A DNA stretch of 64,000 bases from Candidatus Woesearchaeota archaeon (GTDB taxonomy: Archaea; Nanobdellota; Nanobdellia; Pacearchaeales; GW2011-AR1), in NCBI GenBank assembly GCA_964466575.1, contig CAYXNP010000002.1:30913-94912 (forward strand), written 5' to 3'. A program made the translations under genes and the position numbers. The notes beneath the pieces were generated by a model that searched no databases, was not told where the DNA came from, and worked only from the letters and a program-made list of their open reading frames with translations. Shown here piece by piece: positions 29,560 through 37,398 of the stretch; positions within the stretch are counted from its first letter, which is position 1; the number at the start of each line of letters is the position of its first letter.

Positions 29560-30342
29560 ATGGATGTACAAATAAAAAAAACAATTAAGGCAGGAAATTC
29601 TTCGGCAGTTGTGCTTCCAAGAGCATGGTTGAACAAGGAAGTAAGAATTGAGTTGGTAAAAAAAACACCAGAAATAATATTATATGATGTGCTTGAAATC
29701 TTAAAAAAGAACATTGATTTAGCATCAGTTATAGGCGTGTATTTAGTTGGAAGTTATGCAAGAGGAGAAGAAAACGAAAATAGCGACATAGATGTTTTAG
29801 TTATAACAAAAGCTATTGATAAAGAGATGATTAGCGAAGGAATATATAATTTATTAATAATCTCTCAGGAATTATTGCTTCAGAAATTAAACCATGACTT
29901 GTTTCCAATTGGACAGATGATAAAGGAGGCCGAGCCGCTCTTAAATTCCAACTATCTAAGCAGCATAGATGTTAAAGTAACTCAAAAAAATGTAAAATGG
30001 TATTTAGATACAACTAAAGAAAAATTAGAAATAATTCAGAAATATATTGAAGAGGCTAAAAGAAAAAATAAGAAATACCTTGAGGATAAAATTGCATATA
30101 CTCTTATCTTGAGAATACGGACACTTGAAATAATAAAAAATCTGGCAAAAAACAAGGATTACTCCAACAAAGATTTTTTGAGATTAATAAAAAGAATTTC
30201 AAATGGAAAGAACGTTTATGAAAGATATTTGGTTGTTAAAAACAACATGGAAGAAAAGAATGGAATAAGTATAGAAGAAGCTGAAAAATTATATGAATAT
30301 CTAAAAAAAGATTTGATTAAGGTTATTGGGATGGTGAGGTGA
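29560..30342 (+). CDS. Fusion of an AbrB/MazE-type swapped-hairpin DNA-binding domain, a minimal nucleotidyltransferase (MNT) and a helical C-terminal region.
   Basis: The N-terminus IKAGNSSAVVLPRAWL is the SpoVT/AbrB antitoxin signature. GVYLVGSYARGEENENSDIDVLVI is the GS-x9-DxD polymerase-beta-like NTase motif. Confidence 0.65.
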   Translation: MDVQIKKTIKAGNSSAVVLPRAWLNKEVRIELVKKTPEIILYDVLEILKKNIDLASVIGVYLVGSYARGEENENSDIDVLVITKAIDKEMISEGIYNLLIISQELLLQKLNHDLFPIGQMIKEAEPLLNSNYLSSIDVKVTQKNVKWYLDTTKEKLEIIQKYIEEAKRKNKKYLEDKIAYTLILRIRTLEIIKNLAKNKDYSNKDFLRLIKRISNGKNVYERYLVVKNNMEEKNGISIEEAEKLYEYLKKDLIKVIGMVR

Positions 30343-30411
30343 AAAGGGGGAGTGAAAATTGTCTTTGGGAGGAATAGAAAACCCTAAAAACTCTTTAAAC
30401 CCTTATAATCT

Positions 30412-31461
30412 ATGAGTAAAAGATATAAAATAGTTAAAAAAGAACAAGAAGGATTTAGACATAAAATCCCTATAGCTGGTGAAATGATCGAAGTATTAAG
30501 AGATGATTTAGATATCGACAAGATAAACTTAGACCCAGAAAATCCCCGTATTGGTTATTGGTCAGATAATCAGATCAAAAAAGAATTTTCACAAGATGAA
30601 ATAGCCTTTGCACTAAGGGAAAAATCAGATGATGTAAACCGATTGAAACTAAGTATAGAAATACATGAAGGAATAATGAATCCTATATGGATCTATAAAA
30701 AAGAGGGAAAATTTTTAGTGATAGATGGAAATACTCGTTTAGAAATCTTTAAGGATCTTAGAAGAAAATATCCTAATAAAGATAATTACAAGAAGATACC
30801 TTGTGAGATTCTTCCTGAGAATGTTGGAGAAAAGGTTAAAAATTTTATAAGACTTATGCAACATTTAAGGGGAGTTAATGATTGGGAAGTTTATGAAAGG
30901 GCAAGAATGTTATATATTTTATGGGACAAAAGAGGCTATACTGAAGAGGAATTGCAAAGCCAAACAAAACTTAATAAAAGTCAAATTAGGAGATGGATAG
31001 AGGCTTATAAAAATATGACTGAACAATTCCTTCCAGAATATGGATCACAAAATGATGCTTTGAGTAAATTTTCTTATTTTGTTGAATATGAAAATCCAAA
31101 AATTAAACAAGGTATGGAAGAAATTAAATTATCGATAAAAGATTTTTGTAAGTGGGTTGGTCTATCAGAAATTAAACGGGCACAAGATGTAAGAAATATC
31201 AAAAAAATATTCGAAGATAAAAAATCAACAGAAATATTAGTTAGAAGGGGATATAAATGTGCAATTGAAGAACTAAGTGTAGTAAAACCCGAAATTTCTT
31301 CTAAACTCTTTGAAGCAATAGAAGAGGTTTTAGATGGATTAAAAGAGATGACTCGAATGGAGGAGGAGGAAATAACCGATGGGGATTCTCCCCAAAAAAG
31401 AATTTTAATTAAGAATCTTTCTTTAGAACTTGAGAAAATGATAAATAAGTTCAAAGAGTAA
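30412..31461 (+). CDS. ParB/Sulfiredoxin-superfamily (ParB-like nuclease / DUF262-like) domain protein.
   Basis: INLDPENPRIGYW...IHEGIMNPIWIY...LVIDGNTRLEIF. The DGNTR motif occupies the position of DGQQR in DUF262, DGQHR in DndB and GERRxRA in ParB. The C-terminal 200 aa are unassigned. Confidence 0.6.
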   Translation: MSKRYKIVKKEQEGFRHKIPIAGEMIEVLRDDLDIDKINLDPENPRIGYWSDNQIKKEFSQDEIAFALREKSDDVNRLKLSIEIHEGIMNPIWIYKKEGKFLVIDGNTRLEIFKDLRRKYPNKDNYKKIPCEILPENVGEKVKNFIRLMQHLRGVNDWEVYERARMLYILWDKRGYTEEELQSQTKLNKSQIRRWIEAYKNMTEQFLPEYGSQNDALSKFSYFVEYENPKIKQGMEEIKLSIKDFCKWVGLSEIKRAQDVRNIKKIFEDKKSTEILVRRGYKCAIEELSVVKPEISSKLFEAIEEVLDGLKEMTRMEEEEITDGDSPQKRILIKNLSLELEKMINKFKE

Positions 31462-31462
31462 A

Positions 31463-31894
31463 ATGGCAACATCTAACTCCCATCAATTAATTCTTGGTTT
31501 AATAGCAAGAAGAATGAGAGAAAAGGGATATCTTGTTATTAGTTTTGATGGTCATGAATCTTTGATTGGAGATTTGTCATTAAATGCTCCAAAAAAAATA
31601 AAGAGACATAAGCCAGATTTGATCGGTATAAACTTGGAAGACAAAAGAATTTGTATTGGTGAGGCCAAAACTTCTTCCGATTTAAATTCAAAGAGAACTA
31701 AAGAACAATTCTTAGACTTTTCTTGTTTAATGACTAAATCTCAAAGATTATGTGAATTAATCATCGGAATCCCAAAATCATCAGAAAAGGAATTATTATA
31801 TCTGCTACAAAACTTAAAACTTTTAAATAAATCCAATATTTCCTATATCTGGATGCCTGATGATTTATTAGTTGAGGAAGAGAATGGAATTTAA
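31463..31894 (+). CDS. Small PD-(D/E)xK-fold nuclease-like protein.
   Basis: HKPDLIGINLEDKRICIGEAKT gives the PD...(E)xK arrangement. It is translationally coupled to its neighbours (2-nt gap upstream, 23-nt overlap downstream). Confidence 0.4.
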   Translation: MATSNSHQLILGLIARRMREKGYLVISFDGHESLIGDLSLNAPKKIKRHKPDLIGINLEDKRICIGEAKTSSDLNSKRTKEQFLDFSCLMTKSQRLCELIIGIPKSSEKELLYLLQNLKLLNKSNISYIWMPDDLLVEEENGI

Positions 31895-33311
31895 TTTTTC
31901 TTCAAAGACTTTAGCCATGCCCCATCAAATAGAAGCAATAGAATTTATTAAAGGTAATAAAAGCCTAGCGTTGTTTGATGAACAGGGTTTAGGTAAGAGC
32001 AAGATTGTTATATCTGCTCTTTGTGAAGACTTAAAGAATAAGATTATTGATTCGGTTTTGATTTTATGTAAAAAAACATTAGTGAAAACTTGGAAAAACG
32101 AGTTGCTAAAACATTCTTATCTAAAAACAAATGTTATTGTAGGGTCTAAGCAAAATAGGGGGAGATCTTTTATGCATTTTTCTCATTTTCATATTATAAA
32201 CTATGATTCTTTTGTTCAGGAGTTAGATAAAATTAAGCTTTTTTTAGGATTATATAAATTTGCAATTATTCTTGATGAATCACAAGTAATTAAAAATCCA
32301 TCGTCAAGAATAACAAAATCAGTTTTAGATATTAAGGATCTAGGGGTCAAAAGAATAATTATTACAGGTACTCCTATTGCAAACAAGCCAGAGGATTTGT
32401 GGTCTCAGTTTTATTTTTTGGATAACGGGGAAACACTAGGGAAAGATTTTAAGGAGTTTCAGAAAAAGTTTCGAATACAATTAAAAGGTGAAACTTCTTT
32501 AAAAAAATATGAAAACATTTTAGATTCAATTAAGCAAAAGATAAACAAAATATCAATTAGAAGAACAAAAAATGTCCTAGAATTACCAGAAAAATTATAT
32601 CGTGAAGTTTTTGTAGTTCTTGAGAAAGAACAAAAAAGAATGTATGAAAAATTAAGGGGGGAATTATACTTAGAACTTAAAGATATTGATGACAATTTAA
32701 TATTAGAAAAAATAGATAATTACCTAGTTAAATTATTGAGATTAACTCAAATAGCAAGTAACCCTTCACTTTTAGAAGAAGGATATAAAGATACGCCTGC
32801 AAAATTTAAAGAACTAGACAAATTAATAAAAGATATTCTAGATAAAAATGAAAAAGTCATAATTTGGACAAGTTTTAGAGGAAATATAAGAACTCTAAGA
32901 AAAAGGTATCAGGATTATGGAGCTCTTATGCTCTTTGGAGAAATTCCAATGGCTGAAAGAGATGATATCATAGAAAAGTTTATGCAAAATCTAGAAATTA
33001 AGATATTAATAGCTAATCCATCTGCCGCAAAAGACGGGTTGACTCTTACATCAGCGAATAATGTCATATATCTTGATAGAAGTTTTAAAATGGACGATTA
33101 TCTTCAATCGCAAGATCGCATACATAGGATAGGTCAACAAAAAAAGTGTCAGATTATTAAATTAATAGCAAAAGATACTATCGACGAATATACTGATGAA
33201 ATACTTGAAAAGAAACATTTATTAGCACAATTTGCTCTTGGAGATACAGATCATATTCATGAAAGAAATAAATTTTTAACTAAGGACGAGCTACTAAAGA
33301 TTTTAGGATAA
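31872..33311 (+). CDS. Compact SNF2-family (SWI2/SNF2) helicase/translocase.
   Basis: The Q-region is AMPHQIEAI, motif I is DEQGLGKSK, motif II is ILDESQVIKN and motif VI is QSQDRIHRIGQQKKCQIIKL. At 479 aa it carries both RecA-like lobes. Confidence 0.8.
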   Translation: MRKRMEFNFSSKTLAMPHQIEAIEFIKGNKSLALFDEQGLGKSKIVISALCEDLKNKIIDSVLILCKKTLVKTWKNELLKHSYLKTNVIVGSKQNRGRSFMHFSHFHIINYDSFVQELDKIKLFLGLYKFAIILDESQVIKNPSSRITKSVLDIKDLGVKRIIITGTPIANKPEDLWSQFYFLDNGETLGKDFKEFQKKFRIQLKGETSLKKYENILDSIKQKINKISIRRTKNVLELPEKLYREVFVVLEKEQKRMYEKLRGELYLELKDIDDNLILEKIDNYLVKLLRLTQIASNPSLLEEGYKDTPAKFKELDKLIKDILDKNEKVIIWTSFRGNIRTLRKRYQDYGALMLFGEIPMAERDDIIEKFMQNLEIKILIANPSAAKDGLTLTSANNVIYLDRSFKMDDYLQSQDRIHRIGQQKKCQIIKLIAKDTIDEYTDEILEKKHLLAQFALGDTDHIHERNKFLTKDELLKILG

Positions 33312-33315
33312 GAAT

Positions 33316-34431
33316 ATGGAAGAAAAAAATTATATTAATCTAGGAGGAGAAAAAATTCTCGTAAAGACTGAAATGATAGATATTTTTAAATTGAAGTATT
33401 ATCCAGAGAATCCGAGAATACTATCTATTATAAAACAAAATCCAGAAATCAAAAAGGACGAAAAGCTAATAGAAGAAAAGTTGTGGGATGATGATGATAC
33501 CCATAAATTATTTCGAAGTATAGAACACCATGGCGGATTAATAAATCCAATAATAGTGCATGATAATTATGTTCTTGAAGGGAATACTAGATTGTGTTGT
33601 TTTAGAAGATTATATGCGCAAAATAAAGAAGATAAGTGGAAATTTATTAGATGTGAGGTTTTATTAATAAAAAAATTACCAAAAGAAAAAATAGATATAT
33701 TATTAGGAAATGAGCATATAATAGGCAAAATAGAATGGAATACTTATGAAAAGGGGTGTTGGATGACAAAGATGTTGAAAGAAGATGATTATGGTATAGA
33801 TAAGATCAAGGAAATAGTTGGTAATTCTGAAATATGGATCAAACAGCAGATCTCAGCTTATGAAATTATGGTAAAAGAAAAAATAAATGATAATAAAAAG
33901 TTTAGCCACCTCGTTCAATTAGTCTCAAATGATCAGATTAGACAAATAGAAAAAAATAAAGACCCTAAAATAAAAGAGAAGATCATTAAGGCTATTAAAA
34001 ATGACCAATTTAAAACTGCGCATGATATACGTAAAATTCCCGTAGTTTATGAAGACAAGGAATCCAGAAAAAGGCTTTTTGAATATGGTGAATCTATTGA
34101 GCAGATATTTTATGACTTAAAATCTGAACATCCAACTCGTGGTTCTCCATTTATTCGTGTAGTTGAAGATTTAACGCAAAGAGCTAGCGAATTAACTAGA
34201 AAAGAAAGAGCAGAAATAGCAGAAGATATAGCACAAAAGGATAAAATAAAAAGATTAGCATGCGAATTAAAGAAACTCTGTTCAGAATTAAAAAAAGAGG
34301 GTTTATCTAAAATAGATGAGAAAATAAGAGGGATAAAAATACTAAAAATTGTTGGAAAAGCTAAAGAAGAGGATTTAAAAAAATTGGAAAGAGAAAAAGA
34401 AAATTTGGAAAAAGAAGAGTTTTTGGAATAG
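33316..34431 (+). CDS. Second ParB-like (DUF262-like) domain protein, paralogous to 30412-31461.
   Basis: LKYYPENPRIL...HHGGLINPIIVHDNYVLEGNTRLCCF has the same motif order as the first copy. The C-terminus is a K/E-rich coiled coil. Confidence 0.6.
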   Translation: MEEKNYINLGGEKILVKTEMIDIFKLKYYPENPRILSIIKQNPEIKKDEKLIEEKLWDDDDTHKLFRSIEHHGGLINPIIVHDNYVLEGNTRLCCFRRLYAQNKEDKWKFIRCEVLLIKKLPKEKIDILLGNEHIIGKIEWNTYEKGCWMTKMLKEDDYGIDKIKEIVGNSEIWIKQQISAYEIMVKEKINDNKKFSHLVQLVSNDQIRQIEKNKDPKIKEKIIKAIKNDQFKTAHDIRKIPVVYEDKESRKRLFEYGESIEQIFYDLKSEHPTRGSPFIRVVEDLTQRASELTRKERAEIAEDIAQKDKIKRLACELKKLCSELKKEGLSKIDEKIRGIKILKIVGKAKEEDLKKLEREKENLEKEEFLE

Positions 34432-34501
34432 GATTCTTGTTTAATTAATCACCCTAAAGTGATCAGAGATCTTTAAAAAGATCACTTTCTTTATACTTTT
34501 A

Positions 34502-35842
34502 ATGAAAAAAAGAGTATTACTTGTTGAGCCAGACTTTCCTTATCCTAATAGATCTAAAAATAGGGCAAATGATATTCATAAAAATTTTGTTCCAATTGGA
34601 TTATTAAAATTAGGTTCATTAAACAAGGCGAAGGGCAATTCAGTCAAACTAGTGAGGGGAAAAGTAAAGAAAGAAGAAATTGGTTTTATTCCAGATGAAA
34701 TTTTAATTACATCAATGTTTACTTATTGGTCAAATTATGTATGGGGGTGTGTTGAACATTATAGAAATTTATTTCCAAAAAAAAATATTTGGATTGGAGG
34801 GATTTATGTTACATTACACCATAACCAAGAAAAATTTAAGGATTTAACAAAAAGAAATAAAGTTAAATTTTTTGTAGGGGTTCATAATGAAGCAGAGAAT
34901 TTTTTACCTGATTATAGTTTAATTCCTCCCGTAGAATATCATGCAACCCATATTATGAGGGGATGTATAAGAAAATGTGATTTTTGTGGTGTTTGGAAGT
35001 TAGAACCAAAACTTAGTTTTAAAACATTAGAACAACTAAAAAAAGAATTAGATGGTGTTGGCAAGAATAATGTAATCTTTTTTGATAATAATTTCTTTGC
35101 AAATCCAAAGATTAAGGATATTCTAAAAAATCTAGCAGAGATAAGAATAAATGGTAAGCCAGTAACTTTTGAATCACAAAGTGGATTTGATGGTAGATTA
35201 CTAGAAAAAGATCCAGAACTCGCCATCCTGTTGAAGAAAGCAAGATTCAATAATGTGAGGATTGCATGGGATAATAGTGTTAAAGATAAAAAATCAATTA
35301 AAAAGCAAATTGATTTACTTAAGAGTGCGGAATATCCTTTAAAAGATATTTCTATTTTCATGATATATAATTTTGATGTTCCCTATGAAGAAATGATTAA
35401 AAAGTTAAATTTATGTAAAAAATGGGGTGTGCAAATAATAGATTGCAGATATAGGCCATTAGATTTAGATTATGATAATTATAGCCCCCACATGAGAAAA
35501 GGTCAACCAGAAGGAAGTTTTTACATTCACAAAAAAGCTGGCTGGACTGATAAAAAAATTAGGGATTTTAGAAGAAAGGTCCGGCAACAAAATATGGAAA
35601 TTAGATATGCTAATGGGGGAAAATATGATAAAAATATGGAAAAATGGAGTGCGATTCATAATACTTATAAATTTTTTAAATTAGGTCCACCACCCCTTTT
35701 AGAAAAAATTGATAAAAGTGACAAATTAAAAAAAAGGATCTTAATGTTAAACAAATTAAAGAATGATTATAAAAAGAAAGGAATTGGGAAAAAAGATTTA
35801 AGCAAGCTTTCTAAAAAAGAATTGGATGAATTTATTGGTTGA
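34502..35842 (+). CDS. Radical SAM enzyme with an N-terminal B12-binding-like Rossmann domain.
   Basis: VLLVEPDFPYPN...IGLLKLGS...IWIGGIYVTLH is the B12-domain-like region. HIMRGCIRKCDFCGVW is a CxxxCxxC motif near residue 155. The motif position makes QueE or viperin unlikely. Confidence 0.7.
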   Translation: MKKRVLLVEPDFPYPNRSKNRANDIHKNFVPIGLLKLGSLNKAKGNSVKLVRGKVKKEEIGFIPDEILITSMFTYWSNYVWGCVEHYRNLFPKKNIWIGGIYVTLHHNQEKFKDLTKRNKVKFFVGVHNEAENFLPDYSLIPPVEYHATHIMRGCIRKCDFCGVWKLEPKLSFKTLEQLKKELDGVGKNNVIFFDNNFFANPKIKDILKNLAEIRINGKPVTFESQSGFDGRLLEKDPELAILLKKARFNNVRIAWDNSVKDKKSIKKQIDLLKSAEYPLKDISIFMIYNFDVPYEEMIKKLNLCKKWGVQIIDCRYRPLDLDYDNYSPHMRKGQPEGSFYIHKKAGWTDKKIRDFRRKVRQQNMEIRYANGGKYDKNMEKWSAIHNTYKFFKLGPPPLLEKIDKSDKLKKRILMLNKLKNDYKKKGIGKKDLSKLSKKELDEFIG

Positions 35843-35908
35843 TTTTGGGAAGCGATAAGACTCCCTAAGAAGATCTAAGCAATTTCAACAATTCTTTCTA
35901 AAATTTAA

Positions 35909-36064
35909 TCAAATAAAATATCTAGCAAGCCATCCAACTTGTAACAGGACTCCTAAAAACAAAAGCATACCTGCTCCTGCAATTCCCAATAACCAACCAA
36001 TGCCTCCAAATGCAAGCAAAATTGATGGTGGATTTTTTGCAATTATATAAATTAATGTATTCAT
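35909..36064 (-). CDS. Unannotated 51-aa hydrophobic glycine-zipper membrane peptide.
   Basis: Manual minus-strand translation gives MNTLIYIIAKNPPSILLAFGGIGWLLGIAGAGMLLFLGVLLQVGWLARYFI. A strong SD (aaggaggt) lies 8-10 nt upstream of the ATG. It falls below the ORF-track length cut-off. Confidence 0.45.
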   Translation of the reverse strand: MNTLIYIIAKNPPSILLAFGGIGWLLGIAGAGMLLFLGVLLQVGWLARYFI

Positions 36065-36255
36065 CTTATTCTAAACCTCCTTATACCTATCTACTCTTCT
36101 CAAGAATTCTCGAGTTTCGACCGAGTAAGCCGACCCCTTTTTTATTGAACAAAAACAAACAAATAAAAATTTCTAGACCTTCAGAAATTAATACATACAA
36201 ATAATTTGCATAGGAATGTTATATGTTCCCCAATCCTTTCCCCAACCCCCACACC

Positions 36256-36285
36256 CACTCAACTCCTCCCCAACCTATAACTTCC
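36256..36285. repeat. Direct repeat copy 1 (cactcaactcctccccaacctataacttcc), 30 bp.
   Basis: An exact 30-nt match to 37104-37133, found by eye. Confidence 0.8.
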
Positions 36286-36356
36286 ATCCTTCGGCAAATC
36301 TTTTATTTTCATCCTCTTCTCAAGAACTCTTCAATTATTAATATTTCTATATCCAA

Positions 36357-36725
36357 TCACTCACTAGAAAGTATCAAAGGACTGACGTATTCAGATTTTC
36401 TTAATGGTGGCATCGGTTGAACGAATTGCTTGCCTTTAGATTTCAGATTAACTAAAATTATCCATTGATTTCTAAATGATTTATAATCTAACCAAGCTTC
36501 ATCAAGTTGAGAAAGAAATTCCCTATCTATTTCTGAATTGAACGCTCCTAAAAACTCACTGGCATCCATAATTTCTATTCCATTAACTCTTTCATCTTTA
36601 TCTAAATCCAAAACAATATTCTCTGATACCTCTACACTTTCTTCCACACCTCTGTCAGAATTATAAATAGCTAAAATATCGTACTCATCATCATATAAAA
36701 ATTTGTATACCATAATTTTATTCAA
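36357..36725 (-). CDS. DUF2283-like small protein, a putative antitoxin partner.
   Basis: YDDEYDILAIY resembles the YDxEADxLYI signature of DUF2283. It lies 7 nt downstream of the 36732-37058 ORF on the same strand. Confidence 0.5.
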   Translation of the reverse strand: MNKIMVYKFLYDDEYDILAIYNSDRGVEESVEVSENIVLDLDKDERVNGIEIMDASEFLGAFNSEIDREFLSQLDEAWLDYKSFRNQWIILVNLKSKGKQFVQPMPPLRKSEYVSPLILSSE

Positions 36726-36731
36726 TATTCT

Positions 36732-37058
36732 TTAATTTATAAATCTTTTTTTCTTGTATTTTAATAAAGTTTTTCTTCCCAAAGGATAGGCAGTTATAAT
36801 CCTTATCTTATCTAAGAAAGTAATAGCATATACACGACCTTTCTTTTTTGAGTAAGCATAAAACAAAGCATATCTTATTTCATTAGTTTTATATTGCTTT
36901 TCTGTAAATATCAAGTCTTTATTAAGAAATAAATCCTCTATAATCTCTTCTTTGGTTGCACTTATTCTCTCTAAAAGGTAATTCTCATCCTTGCCAAAAA
37001 TAACCTCTTTATCAGAATATTTTTTGAGCAATTCTTTAACCTCTTTAGTGTAGTCCAT
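36732..37058 (-). CDS. Putative toxin, BrnT/DUF4258-like, paired with the DUF2283-like gene.
   Basis: RVYAITFLDKIRIITAYPLGRK resembles the C-terminal ...IRIISARkA motif of BrnT-type RNase toxins. The assignment is tentative. Confidence 0.35.
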   Translation of the reverse strand: MDYTKEVKELLKKYSDKEVIFGKDENYLLERISATKEEIIEDLFLNKDLIFTEKQYKTNEIRYALFYAYSKKKGRVYAITFLDKIRIITAYPLGRKTLLKYKKKRFIN

Positions 37059-37103
37059 TAATGAATGTGTTTATTAATATATTAAAGTCTTTTCCTCTAT
37101 CAC

Positions 37104-37133
37104 CACTCAACTCCTCCCCAACCTATAACTTCC
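37104..37133. repeat. Direct repeat copy 2, overlapping the 3' end of the minus-strand ORF 37107-37316.
   Basis: An exact 30-nt match to 36256-36285. Confidence 0.8.
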
Positions 37134-37316
37134 TTCTTCTTTCTCCTCCCTATAACCCGGATCTTGAACTTCCCTCATATGTTGTATCTTTTCACTTCCG
37201 CAGATGCTGCATTTGTAAATGTCGAAGACTTTAATGCCGTCTTGTAAAGCAGGCTCGACATATTCATGGAGTGTTTGCTTCCGATATGTTATGCAAAATA
37301 ATTCTTCTAGATTCAT
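37107..37316 (-). CDS. Small Cys-containing (Zn-ribbon-like, CSICGSEK) hypothetical protein. Its last nine codons are supplied by repeat copy 2.
   Basis: The ORF alone. The motifs are C-x28-CxxC. This may not be a real gene. Confidence 0.25.
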   Translation of the reverse strand: MNLEELFCITYRKQTLHEYVEPALQDGIKVFDIYKCSICGSEKIQHMREVQDPGYREEKEEGSYRLGRS

Positions 37317-37398
37317 TTTATTATAGTAAAATCAAAACTTTAAGAAATTATTGCTTATTTTAAGATTATTATCAGTCTCAATGTTGAGTTTAAATTAA

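Noticed and set aside
34502-35842. Whether the radical SAM next to the ParB/SNF2 operon is QueE (Dpd-type 7-deazaguanine DNA modification) or a prokaryotic viperin.
   Set aside because: QueE and viperins carry the CxxxCxxC motif within the first 30-80 residues of a protein of about 210-300 aa. This protein is 446 aa, with a B12-domain-like N-terminus and the motif at residue 155. No tgt/dpdA-like gene is present.
36076-36140. A possible tRNA or tRNA-fragment integration target (ttcgaccgag...gccgacccc plus the CTCG/CGAG hairpin) near the cassette.
   Set aside because: There is no cloverleaf and no GTTCRANYC T-loop. Only a short palindrome could be folded. A partial tRNA 3' end cannot be excluded without a covariance-model search.
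36010-36420. Plus-strand ORFs 36010-36204 and 36223-36420 in the junction region.
   Set aside because: They have Pro/Ser-rich low-complexity translations that span the repeat copy and the intergenic DNA. The SD-driven minus-strand peptide and the repeats explain this region better.
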